From Zestosphaera tikiterensis (GTDB taxonomy: Archaea; Thermoproteota; Thermoprotei_A; Sulfolobales; NBVN01), in assembly GCA_003056265.1 (NCBI GenBank), contig NBVN01000015.1:1-11754 (forward strand): a stretch of DNA of 11,754 bases, read 5' to 3'. Shown one piece after another: positions 1 through 8,294 of this stretch; the first letter of the stretch is position 1; every line of letters starts with the position of its first letter. The notes beneath the pieces were generated by a model. It ran no database searches and was not told the origin of the DNA. It worked only from the letters and a program-made list of their open reading frames with translations. The position numbers and the translations under genes were made by a program.

Positions 1-413
1 CTACCCCAGATAACCTCCTTAAACTTAATTTTAAGGTCTTTGTCCGGTTTGAATTCGAAGTAAGGGGGGTTGCCTAGAACAACGTCGAACTCCTCTTTAA
101 ATGGTTTTTGAAGAGCGTCTACTTGTTCAACATGAGCTTCTGGGACTATACGCTTCGCTATCTCCACAAGTTTCGGATCTATCTCCCAGCAATTAAGCTC
201 TGGCTCAATAAAATACTGTTTTGCTGAAAGCAGGAACTCGCCAGTTCCACATGATGGGTCGAGAACTTTAGGTTTAATTAGTTTTGGAATCTTAGACAGC
301 AACTCCTCTCTAAGGCTCTTTGGAGTGAAGAACTGACCTAACCTCTTCCTATACTCTGGGCTACTCTCCCTTAAATACCTTATAGTTTCTGGGTGGTACT
401 CATGTACTTTCAA
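1..413 (-). CDS. N6-adenine DNA methyltransferase, gamma-class (TaqI/Eco57I-like), N-terminal part; the 3' end runs off the left edge
   Basis: Not in the supplied ORF track because it is edge-truncated. Hand translation of the minus strand (codon low coordinates divisible by 3) gives (TTG 413..411)KVHEYHPETIRYLRESSPEYRKRLGQFFTPKSLREELLSKIPKLIKPKVLDPSCGTGEFLLSAKQYFIEPELNCWEIDPKLVEIAKRIVPEAHVEQVDALQKPFKEEFDVVLGNPPYFEFKPDKDLKIKFKEVIWG. Motif X is GQFFTP, SAM-binding motif I is VLDPSCGTGEFL (266..231), and catalytic motif IV is NPPY (71..60). The order X-I-IV indicates gamma class. An in-frame TGA lies at 422..420, and the only start candidate before motif X is TTG 413..411. Confidence 0.8.
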   Translation of the reverse strand, partial: MKVHEYHPETIRYLRESSPEYRKRLGQFFTPKSLREELLSKIPKLIKPKVLDPSCGTGEFLLSAKQYFIEPELNCWEIDPKLVEIAKRIVPEAHVEQVDALQKPFKEEFDVVLGNPPYFEFKPDKDLKIKFKEVIWG

Positions 414-555
414 CTCTCTTCATCTCCGTCTTAAGTAAATACTCTACTAGGCCTGAAAATGACCTAACTCCAGCATACTTTCCTTCCCTTACAGCCTTTT
501 CAGCCCACTCAACCACATCTAAAGGAAGCGTTATAGTTTTTCTTACTTTATTCAT
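400..555 (-). CDS. small ribbon-helix-helix (CopG/Arc-like) putative DNA-binding protein, 51 aa
   Basis: Too short for the ORF track. Hand translation from ATG 555..553 to TGA 402..400 gives MNKVRKTITLPLDVVEWAEKAVREGKYAGVRSFSGLVEYLLKTEMKRVEST. The pattern is a short basic N-terminus, then a beta-strand-like TITLPLD, then two helices (EWAEKAVREG, RSFSGLVEYLL), which is typical of RHH proteins. A TATA-like TTTAAATA lies on the minus strand at 600..593, 38 nt upstream. The ORF overlaps the methyltransferase TTG start by 14 nt in another frame. Confidence 0.5.
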   Translation of the reverse strand: MNKVRKTITLPLDVVEWAEKAVREGKYAGVRSFSGLVEYLLKTEMKRVEST

Positions 556-689
556 TTTAGTCACACTACATATGTATAATATGCGTATTACATATTTAAA
601 CTTTCAAGCTAAATACGTTACTTGAAATGATACAATATAGAATTAATAAATATGAACTCACACAATAATTACTTACGGAAGTGTTTAAA
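556..689. promoter_or_regulatory. divergent A/T-rich intergenic promoter region for the RHH-methyltransferase pair (minus) and csx1 (plus)
   Basis: This is a 134-nt spacer between divergent start codons. It carries a TATA-like TTTAAATA on the minus strand (600..593) and TTAATAAATA on the plus strand (643..652, 38 nt before ATG 690). An imperfect palindrome ATATGTATAATATGCGTATTACATAT lies at about 572..597. Function is inferred from position only. Confidence 0.4.
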
Positions 690-2300
690 ATGATTAATAA
701 AACGGAGATAGACAATCAAGAAGGTAAGAGTGCCTTCATCCTAGCTTCGTGGGGTAATCCCTACGAGTGGTATGAAGTGGAATACCTGCTAGAACCTGAG
801 GATGAGTTGAAGTTACGTGTAAAAAGTATTAGTAGCTTGTCAGTAATCTTACGCTATTACATTTCAAAACTTGGAGTGAAAAACGTTAGAGCCTTAGTGT
901 TCATACCAGAAACGCTTTTATGCGCAAGCAATATGATCAGCGATTTTAAGGTTGAAGAAGTTACTAAATGTATATCGAATGAATATTCTGAAGTTTTAGA
1001 ACGATTAAGAAGTAATGTTACTGAATACGTTAAAAATAAAGTAGTTAAAACAGTTATTAACTGCTTGTCTGAAGTTGACTTAGATAGCCTAATAAAGGTG
1101 TATGTATTACCTAACGTTGGTAAATATCAATGCAATAAGGAAACTGTTGAATGGAAGTACGACATAGATACTGATATATCAAGCTTCTATGGAGCTTTAG
1201 CATTAATAGTAGGTTTCATAGAGTTAAAGGATTTCATTAAACATAATGGTAAAAAACATTTAGAGTTAGCGGTAGATATCACGCACGGAATTAACTATAT
1301 GCCTCTAATGTTGTTCAGAACTTCACTATTTCTAGCTAGAATAGCCTCAGTTGAACTTAATAATAAAGTAACGTTTAAAGTTTATAATAGTGAGCCATAT
1401 ACCAAAGCAGTTAAAGGTGGAGGGGAGTTAAAGGTTCGAATAGTTGATAAGGAAGACATAGAAAAAACAAAGGCCATTCAAAGACTTATATACTCATATA
1501 CTGCCTACCTCTATAAAACGAAGGTAAACATAGAAAACTATGACGAGAAAAGCTGTGGAAACAGCTGGATAAAGGATCTAAATAAAAATCTAAATAAAAG
1601 TATGGGATTTCAACGCTCCAAGAAACTTTTTGATCTCATTAATTGTTTAGCTGCTTCAATTCATTACAGTCTTCCTCTTCCGCTTGTTACGTTTTCCTAT
1701 TGGTATAATCACGAATTATCATTAAAATCAATTCACGAGGAAATCCCACACTTCTTGAACGAATTTATTAGAGAGATAAATAAGTATGTCCATATAGAGA
1801 AAAATAATAACAATTACTTAATTAAGAGGTTAATTGTTTTAAACTACAATAAAGTTAAAGGGTTATTAGCTGGTTACGCTATAGCGAAATATTCTGTGAA
1901 TGTGTTAAATGAAGTTATGAAAGATGAGAAACACGTTAAATTTCAAAACAACTGCGAATTCTATATTTCTGCGGAAAAGTTAAATTACCTATTAGATGAA
2001 TACCTTAAAGGAGCACACTATTTAACGTCAAGTAATGAATTAAGCCAGATACAGCGTAAATATAGTGAAAACTTATTAATAAAGAAGCTTAAAGAAGGAA
2101 CCGAATGCTGTAATGAAGAGAAAGACGTCGATAAAAGAAACTTTATAGCCCACTGCGGCCTAGAGCAGAACATAACATGTATTAAGGAAGAAAACGGCAT
2201 TATATTTTTAAAATACTGCAGAAAAGATGAGGGAAAGATTAGAGAAACACTTGAGAATGGTCTTAAAGAGCTCTATAATCTCTTAAAATCTGACTTGTAA
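690..2300 (+). CDS. csx1: Csx1-family CARF-HEPN ribonuclease (type III accessory effector)
   Basis: The ORF track gives 681..2300 (GTG). I prefer ATG 690 because the SD-like GGAAGTG (677..683) ends 6 nt upstream. The protein has the N-terminal CARF signature FILASWGNPYEW and the DxTHG-family motif DITHGINY (1275..1298). The C-terminal HEPN R-x4-H motif is RNFIAH (2136..2153), followed by CG, as in Csx1/Csm6 RNases. Confidence 0.88.
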   Translation: MINKTEIDNQEGKSAFILASWGNPYEWYEVEYLLEPEDELKLRVKSISSLSVILRYYISKLGVKNVRALVFIPETLLCASNMISDFKVEEVTKCISNEYSEVLERLRSNVTEYVKNKVVKTVINCLSEVDLDSLIKVYVLPNVGKYQCNKETVEWKYDIDTDISSFYGALALIVGFIELKDFIKHNGKKHLELAVDITHGINYMPLMLFRTSLFLARIASVELNNKVTFKVYNSEPYTKAVKGGGELKVRIVDKEDIEKTKAIQRLIYSYTAYLYKTKVNIENYDEKSCGNSWIKDLNKNLNKSMGFQRSKKLFDLINCLAASIHYSLPLPLVTFSYWYNHELSLKSIHEEIPHFLNEFIREINKYVHIEKNNNNYLIKRLIVLNYNKVKGLLAGYAIAKYSVNVLNEVMKDEKHVKFQNNCEFYISAEKLNYLLDEYLKGAHYLTSSNELSQIQRKYSENLLIKKLKEGTECCNEEKDVDKRNFIAHCGLEQNITCIKEENGIIFLKYCRKDEGKIRETLENGLKELYNLLKSDL

Positions 2301-2547
2301 TCCATAGGAACGAGAATTGCTACAGGATCCCTTAGGGGTAAGAATATATACCTGCTTAATTGGTAATTTTTAACATGGATATAATTTATAAAATGGGAAA
2401 TTCTCTACCTTATGGCAAGATATAATAAGCCTATATTATCTTACGTTTGAGGGAAGTATTAACCATAGTGAACTTGTTTTAGATTTGCTAGAAGAAACAT
2501 TATGTTATTACGTTAACACTCATAATAAGCTCTGCTGGTATGTGTAT

Positions 2548-3738
2548 TCATTTACTATGCGGTTTAAGTTCTATAAGTGGTATTACTGTACCCCATCCTA
2601 ATTCACTATAGGAGCCAACACCTTTAATGTAAATTTCTAGCGGTGAGATATTTGGAGCTGGTTTGCCAAGTAGTCCGGAACCTGGCTCCACATTTCTACA
2701 CATAGGTCTACGCTTATTTAAACATATGTCATAGCCTAAACCTAAAACTGAGAATTTAATCTTGGCATTATTTACAACGTTTTTAGGAAGATATTCGGAA
2801 CTACACTTTTCAAGCTTCATGAGCTCTAAGAGCTTTTCGAGAAGTTTTTCCGCATATTCTGTAAGAAGGCCTTGAAAAGTTTTTCCCTCTTTTTCCTTCA
2901 ATATACTTTTTTCGTTTACTATTTCCTCACATAACATGATTGGCGTCGCTATGTGCCAATATAAACACTTATCGCTGGGGATCTTACTAATCAGCTTATC
3001 TATAAAAGTTTCATTAAGAACTCTTGCTTGAAACGCTCTAAACTCGCCGCCTAGAGTTACTATTTTAGAGTCTACAGTTTTCTTAAGAGTGTCGAATATA
3101 ACATTCCTATTCACATTAGCTCCCAGCTTAGTGTAGATTTCAACAAGAATACCGTAATCTTCTAGCTTCACGCCCTTCTTCAGTAAGGCACTTCTTTTGA
3201 CGATATCCGTTGCGGTAGCTACAATGTCATGATACGTGCTTGTGTAAATCAGCCCCTCAATAGTCGTTTTCTTAACACTATCTAAACCTATCCCTATGTT
3301 AGTAACGTGTTTCCACTCATGAATTTCGAGTTCATGAACCCCAGTACTTCCAATAGTGAAGCACAACAACTTACTACCTATTCCGTAAACACTACACAAC
3401 ATTTTCTCCTCGGCTGAAGTCTTAATGTATAGATATGGGCCTCTTAACACTATATCGGGTGAAGTAGCGACATCCTTACCAACTATCGCAATGTTTAAGC
3501 CTCGATAGACATTACTGTAAACTTCGTTACCGCTACCGCACAGAGGTTTATTGAAGGTCTCTAACAATAAACCGGATAGCGTACCTGCTACTGTTGAAGG
3601 CAACGGTAACGGTTCTGAACGATAGTATTGTTGAGGACCGCGTGCTTGTGGTGTAAACTCTCCTTTCCATTTAAACGCACCTGTTGAGAGTGGCTTAAAG
3701 AGTATCGAGGCAACGGAAAGGTTGAGCACAAGCCTCAC
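2548..3738 (-). CDS. cmr3: Cmr3 (type III-B RAMP subunit, Cas5-like)
   Basis: The ORF track extends to ATG 3801, but that extension overlaps the cas10 3' end by 67 nt. GTG 3738..3736 overlaps the cas10 TGA (3737..3735) as GTGA and sits in GGTGAGGTGA; GTG 3729 is an alternative. Cmr3 hallmarks are SEPLPLPSTVAGTLSGLL near the N-terminus and C-terminal glycine-rich loops (LGLGYD, GSYSELGWGTV). The gene lies immediately downstream of cas10. Confidence 0.85.
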   Translation of the reverse strand: MRLVLNLSVASILFKPLSTGAFKWKGEFTPQARGPQQYYRSEPLPLPSTVAGTLSGLLLETFNKPLCGSGNEVYSNVYRGLNIAIVGKDVATSPDIVLRGPYLYIKTSAEEKMLCSVYGIGSKLLCFTIGSTGVHELEIHEWKHVTNIGIGLDSVKKTTIEGLIYTSTYHDIVATATDIVKRSALLKKGVKLEDYGILVEIYTKLGANVNRNVIFDTLKKTVDSKIVTLGGEFRAFQARVLNETFIDKLISKIPSDKCLYWHIATPIMLCEEIVNEKSILKEKEGKTFQGLLTEYAEKLLEKLLELMKLEKCSSEYLPKNVVNNAKIKFSVLGLGYDICLNKRRPMCRNVEPGSGLLGKPAPNISPLEIYIKGVGSYSELGWGTVIPLIELKPHSK

Positions 3739-6700
3739 CTCACCATTGAGTGGAGAGCTTTCGAAGCCATAACCAGCTGAATTGATAGTTGTGGAGTACA
3801 CAGTATTTCGAACTTATCATGGTATTTCGCGGGCTTTACCACGTAATCTTCGTAAACCGAAGCACTCAGCTTGCTTAAAACCTCGTTTACAACGGCTCCA
3901 GCTTGAGGTGTGTTACGCCTATTCCTCTCGACAACATACTTCAGTAGCTTCTGCTGAATAACGGTTGCTTTGGTTGTCAGAGCTTCTTTGATTAGACCGC
4001 AACTTTCAGCGAGATCTGTGTAAAAGCTCGTGCTGATCTCCTTATCCTCGCCAACGTGTTCATATATGAACAACACATCGGACATAGGCTTGCCGACTAG
4101 CTCCGGGTTTGTCACAACCCCTTCCTTACTCCACAAATTGTTTCTAATTACGACCACCCCCGCATACACCGGTAAAACACTGATTCTACCGTAGGAAAAC
4201 GTCACGAGATCCTTTTCAAAGTCTTTCTCGCAATAGCTGAGAGGTTCGAACTTCAGAAGGTCTTTAAGCTCTTCGAGTTCTTGCGCTAGGTTCCACGCCG
4301 GTGTAAACGGGTCTCTATAGTGAACTCCAAGCACACCGTAGCTCCTCCCAAAAGCTACTGGCGCTGGATAAACGCTCCCTGACGGTAGCTTATGAAAGCC
4401 TGATAACCTACTCAACAAACCCCAGTAGTTTCTCCGCGTGAACAGTACTGCTTGCCCAACCACGCTGTCTGAGTTAGCTGGAATCTTGAATACTTTGTCC
4501 AAACCAGTGCTCTTAAAGTGAGCCTCTATAAGAGAGTCCAACAGCTTCTTATCCACATATACCGGTACTAAAGCAGCTACATCATCGCCGCCAGCATATA
4601 CTGGGAAGCCCCCGAGCGACGTAATGATCTCGGCGTCTAGGAGAGCAGTCATTATCTGACCTCTTGAGAGTGCGATATAATATGCTGGGCTAACTATAAC
4701 GGTAGTGTGGTGAAGCTTCTCGGGCTCATCGGTCATGTCGTGAACCATACATGCAAAGATCTTGACCAGCTTTGAAAGCCCCATGTAGACCTCTTCAAGC
4801 TTCTTAACAGCTTCATTATTCTTCACAGCTTTCTTTAGGGATTCCACGTAGTCCTCTGCCCCTTCCTCAAAGTCGAGGATACCTTGAGTAACTTTGCTAA
4901 AATTATCTCCATCGCCTCTAACGACCCCATAGTACCTAACGATCTCGACTTCCCTACGAAGCTCGTTATACATCTCAGCGAGGACTTTACAAAGCTCTTC
5001 AATATTCTTGGTAGGTATGTCTTTCAGTGCATCTTTACAGCTGGTAACGCTTCTTAGAGTTCCAGAGATCAGGAGGTAGGAGATCTCGAGTTCTGCTTGA
5101 AGATAGCCTAGAATATCCTTAACCGACTTCTCAACCGACGGGTCGAGTCCGCACTTATCAATATATCTAGATACAGGCTCCGCTAAGTATTCGGAATAGT
5201 GAGCGTCCTCCCCGGCAATAAGCTTCTTAAGTTTTTCAGAATATTTGGTTTCAGATATTTTCTCGACTAGTTTAAGTAAGGCGTTCAGAGCCGCTAGCTC
5301 GTCTGTTGAGGGCACCCTCGGATAGATATCGCTTAAATTGCTCCGTGCGTAGAGATTTAAATCGTTCATGACGTTAGATAGTGCTTTATTAACCGTCAGC
5401 AACCTGCGGAGTAGGCAGTAGGGGCATAGCCTTTCATCCTCGCTGAACATCGAGTGCGGTAGTCCGAGGCTTTGAGCCAGATCATCGAGATTCTCACGCT
5501 TAACGTGTATTATCGACGGTAACTTACCGCAGATAGTGCACTCGTGGAATCTCTCCGAACCGTCCGAGCGGTAAACTTCACTGGTAACCTCCTCGACCAC
5601 ATCCCCAATGAGGAAGCCCGGTTCGAGAGTTACCTCTTTAGTATGTAGTTTTTTCTCCTCACTACCGAGCTTGATCATTAAGTAGTGGAAGAAGAGCTTA
5701 TTCGCGATCTCGCTAGCTGGATCCTTGGCCTGTACAATGCTCAAAATAGCTTTAACATCCTTACATAAATCTGTCTCATTGATTTCTTTCAAACATCTCT
5801 GAATAATTTTTTCTAACCTCTCCTTTAACTCTTCATAAGCTTTTTCAACGTCGACGACAACTACCCTGAGAGCTAGCGGAGGTTCCTCTAAAACCTCTCT
5901 TACATACCTTTCGACATGATCTCCGCTGATATCGTCAAGTGCTTTCCCCTTCTCAATATTCTTCACAAACTCCTTCGCAAGGTCTTCTTCTCCAACCTCG
6001 ATCTCAACATACGACTTTAGAATGCTGCGTGCTAGCCCCCTCCAAGCTTCACGGAATTCTTCGTAGAAGTATTCCGCAACTTCATCCTTAAATTTAGTAG
6101 AGCACTCCTTGAGAGTATTCAGTAGCTTTTCAAGTTGTTTATGGTTAACGGTTTTAAGCTTGTGAACATGCGTTAAAAGCTCCTTGTACTGCTCGTCATC
6201 TATGCACGGAAGAGCTAAGAATATGGTGCCGGGGATTAATGGCTGATTGGCAACGCCTTTCCACAAATAAGCTTTTCGAAGCGGTTCCTCTAGGTTTTCC
6301 CTTATCTGGATGTCATGATTCTCAATCTCTTTGAGAAGTGATGCTATGTAAAAGTGGTTTGAAGAGGTGAACGGCGAGAGTATGATGTCCCCTCCAAGTA
6401 ACATGACAACGTCAGACACAGTCTTCCATACCAATAGCGATATCAGCCACGACCCCGCCCATATATCACGTGTCTTTCTCGCAGCCGATATGAACTTCTG
6501 TATTCCAGGTATATCAATCTTGACTAGGAACCCCACTGGCTTATCGGACCCCAGCATGTACCAGTTAGCTATAGATGCTGTGGCGTAGACATGATCGAAT
6601 ACCGTATGAGTCGGTACGCGGGTATCCACTAGCGGTACGCACTCAGGACAGTTCTTATACCACAGTGGCTCCAGCAGTAGATACAGGAGGTTGTGCGTGA

Positions 6701-7226
6701 CTGGTAGCGGTAGATCCTTGAACATGCTTAGAACATCTCTAAGCTCCTTAACGTACTTACACACACATTCCACGCCGATCGTTGGTTTAACGCTGGTCTT
6801 GAACCGCGGATCTAAGATGTTCACGTAGTCAACTTCGTCAATCCCGACTTTATCATGTCCTCCTCTCTGTGTGTAAAGCCAGCGGTCTGTGCTCGCCGCT
6901 ACGGCATCCACATGTCCCAAGTGCCCCTCTATTCTGAGGATTAGCTTGTATACGACTTTACCTAACTCGTCGAGATCTTCAAGTATGTGCTTTGCCGCTA
7001 TAGCCGCATCCTGCTCATGCGCATCCGTTTCCACCCACATATCCTCAACCAGGTTCCTACACGCATCTACTTCTTCACCAGCTGGTCTAGAGCCAGCATA
7101 TCTAGCTAGTACACGACCTACTCTACTTCCAGACTTACCTATGAACGCTGTCGAGACTACCCAGGGTTTCCAAGCAGGGTCGTGGAGTAATGCTGCGAGC
7201 TTGAATGCGTAGAAGCTTACAGTCAT
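3735..7226 (-). CDS. cmr2: Cas10/Cmr2 large subunit (HD nuclease + cyclase/palm domains)
   Basis: This is a 1163-aa ORF. The N-terminal HD motif is AALLHDPAWKPW (H15 D16 at 7184..7179). DTRVPTHTVFDH and IWAGSWLISLL blocks are typical of Cmr2. Cys pairs are CTIC (5540..5529) and CPYC (5426..5415). Palm motifs are GDGDNFS and YAGGDDV (GGDD at 4592..4581). ATG 7226 overlaps the cmr6 TGA as ATGA, with GGTGA (7237..7233) 6 nt upstream. Confidence 0.95.
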   Translation of the reverse strand: MTVSFYAFKLAALLHDPAWKPWVVSTAFIGKSGSRVGRVLARYAGSRPAGEEVDACRNLVEDMWVETDAHEQDAAIAAKHILEDLDELGKVVYKLILRIEGHLGHVDAVAASTDRWLYTQRGGHDKVGIDEVDYVNILDPRFKTSVKPTIGVECVCKYVKELRDVLSMFKDLPLPVTHNLLYLLLEPLWYKNCPECVPLVDTRVPTHTVFDHVYATASIANWYMLGSDKPVGFLVKIDIPGIQKFISAARKTRDIWAGSWLISLLVWKTVSDVVMLLGGDIILSPFTSSNHFYIASLLKEIENHDIQIRENLEEPLRKAYLWKGVANQPLIPGTIFLALPCIDDEQYKELLTHVHKLKTVNHKQLEKLLNTLKECSTKFKDEVAEYFYEEFREAWRGLARSILKSYVEIEVGEEDLAKEFVKNIEKGKALDDISGDHVERYVREVLEEPPLALRVVVVDVEKAYEELKERLEKIIQRCLKEINETDLCKDVKAILSIVQAKDPASEIANKLFFHYLMIKLGSEEKKLHTKEVTLEPGFLIGDVVEEVTSEVYRSDGSERFHECTICGKLPSIIHVKRENLDDLAQSLGLPHSMFSEDERLCPYCLLRRLLTVNKALSNVMNDLNLYARSNLSDIYPRVPSTDELAALNALLKLVEKISETKYSEKLKKLIAGEDAHYSEYLAEPVSRYIDKCGLDPSVEKSVKDILGYLQAELEISYLLISGTLRSVTSCKDALKDIPTKNIEELCKVLAEMYNELRREVEIVRYYGVVRGDGDNFSKVTQGILDFEEGAEDYVESLKKAVKNNEAVKKLEEVYMGLSKLVKIFACMVHDMTDEPEKLHHTTVIVSPAYYIALSRGQIMTALLDAEIITSLGGFPVYAGGDDVAALVPVYVDKKLLDSLIEAHFKSTGLDKVFKIPANSDSVVGQAVLFTRRNYWGLLSRLSGFHKLPSGSVYPAPVAFGRSYGVLGVHYRDPFTPAWNLAQELEELKDLLKFEPLSYCEKDFEKDLVTFSYGRISVLPVYAGVVVIRNNLWSKEGVVTNPELVGKPMSDVLFIYEHVGEDKEISTSFYTDLAESCGLIKEALTTKATVIQQKLLKYVVERNRRNTPQAGAVVNEVLSKLSASVYEDYVVKPAKYHDKFEILCTPQLSIQLVMASKALHSMVR

Positions 7227-8293
7227 AAGCTCTCACCTGCTTGCCTCCTGTACTCCCCACGCATAAATCTCCTCCCGAAACCTGCTCTGTGTACGACAGC
7301 TTTCTCAATAGTGAAGTAGCTGTAGCCCTTGCCAGTCTTAGCCCCAACACCCTCAAGTAGAGTGTTCGCGAGAATGCCAGCTACTAGAGCCGTTAAGCTC
7401 GATGCTTGCTTGCCGAAGAGCATACTTGAGAGCTCGGCGACATAGTTAGGGGTTGCACCGAAGTCCTTGACTCCAATCACGAACTTAAACCTAGTGCCTG
7501 GAGCGATCGCCAGATACTGTATAGGCACGGGCTCAGCTTCAAATTCGTCAACCACAACCTCACCTCCGCGGTAGTAGTGCGGGGTCATGACATCTGGGAC
7601 GAGTAAGCCGTGAGCAATAACACCCCTACCACTATCGATTGGATAGGCGTCTGCGACGAAGACGTTACCCGCAAACGATATCGCACTTTTCAAGTCCCCG
7701 AAGTTCTGTGTAAACCATTCGTGCTCGTCTCTGTGATATATCTCACCTTCTGGTGCACCAAAAAGATCCAGCACTTTCTCTGCGCAGCTACGCTTCAAAT
7801 CGCCTCGCTCCAACTCGCTGCACTTCCTGAGGGCCCAGTTACGCGTAGCCCCCTTAACGCTGGATGCTGGAATGTAGGGTAAGTCGTAAATGTAGTCCCA
7901 AGTCAGCCCAACCTCGTATATCGCGTGGAAGGAGCCGCCACTGACCCCCACAAGACCCTTATCCTGAAGCGCAGCTTCAACCTCAACAACGCTGTAGCCG
8001 AGCTGCTTGAGTCCTTCAACAAGCAAAGCATAATGCTCGTTCACTGTGCTTAACCCGGCTTTAATGTTGTTAAGAGCACTTTGGATCGGAGAAGCACGTT
8101 TAATCAACTCCTCGAGAACCTCTATCTTAACTTCCTTCAATTTATCTAGCACCTTTCGCTGCTCATCGCCTGTCCTCACAGCTTTAGCGGTTTCGAAAAG
8201 GTGCTTTACTTTCTCCGCATACACACTTAAGATACTGAGCCCAAAGTTTACATAGGGTTTGCTTTGGGGATGTGTGAACGCCAAGAACAACAC
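7223..8293 (-). CDS. cmr6: Cmr6 (type III-B RAMP subunit)
   Basis: 356 aa with a GTG start at 8293, 1 nt after the cmr1 TGA (8297..8295) and inside GGGTGAGGTG. The protein has a helical N-terminal region, then the RAMP motif LPYIPASSVKGATRNW. LDLFGAPEGE and GNVFVADAYP follow, and the C-terminal G-rich loop is GVGAKTGKGYSYF. This matches the usual Cmr6 pattern. Confidence 0.85.
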   Translation of the reverse strand: MLFLAFTHPQSKPYVNFGLSILSVYAEKVKHLFETAKAVRTGDEQRKVLDKLKEVKIEVLEELIKRASPIQSALNNIKAGLSTVNEHYALLVEGLKQLGYSVVEVEAALQDKGLVGVSGGSFHAIYEVGLTWDYIYDLPYIPASSVKGATRNWALRKCSELERGDLKRSCAEKVLDLFGAPEGEIYHRDEHEWFTQNFGDLKSAISFAGNVFVADAYPIDSGRGVIAHGLLVPDVMTPHYYRGGEVVVDEFEAEPVPIQYLAIAPGTRFKFVIGVKDFGATPNYVAELSSMLFGKQASSLTALVAGILANTLLEGVGAKTGKGYSYFTIEKAVVHRAGFGRRFMRGEYRRQAGESL

Positions 8294-8294
8294 C

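Noticed and set aside
407-416. GAGTTGAAAG on the minus strand, a one-mismatch match to the repeat 3' end GAATTGAAAG.
   Set aside because: It lies inside the overlapping RHH/methyltransferase coding sequences. It has no repeat-like 5' part and carries a mismatch in the handle. It is most likely coincidence.
400-555. Possibility that the RHH ORF and the methyltransferase are one gene split by a frameshift (pseudogene or programmed frameshift).
   Set aside because: The RHH ORF is a complete self-contained domain with its own stop. The methyltransferase N-terminal length before motif X is normal if TTG 413 is used. No slippery heptamer is evident at the overlap. This cannot be fully excluded without homologue comparison.
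593-615. Small inverted repeat TATTTA (593..598) / TAAATA (610..615) in the divergent promoter spacer.
   Set aside because: This is a 6-bp A/T-only stem overlapping the TATA-like box and is expected by chance in this composition. It is mentioned only as part of the promoter region.
681-689. GTG 681 as the csx1 start (ORF-track coordinate).
   Set aside because: ATG 690 has an SD-like GGAAGTG that overlaps the GTG itself. The choice changes only three residues and remains uncertain.
2301-2547. 247-nt convergent intergenic region between csx1 and cmr3, searched for a CRISPR repeat, tRNA, C/D-box sRNA or small protein gene. It contains a T5 tract at 2367..2371 and an imperfect hairpin AAGATATAATA/TATATTATCTT at 2417..2442.
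   Set aside because: There is no ATTGAAAG-type repeat and no C/D box pair. Only 11-16 codon ORFs are present. The hairpin is 9/11 matched in very A/T-rich sequence. The T5 tract may terminate csx1 transcription, but this cannot be supported beyond position.
3739-3801. N-terminal extension of Cmr3 from ATG 3801 (MYSTTINSAGYGFESSPLNGE), overlapping cas10 by 67 nt.
   Set aside because: This region encodes the conserved-looking C-terminus of Cas10 in another frame. A GTG with a GTGA overlap and an SD-like context at 3738 fits the pattern of every other junction in the operon.
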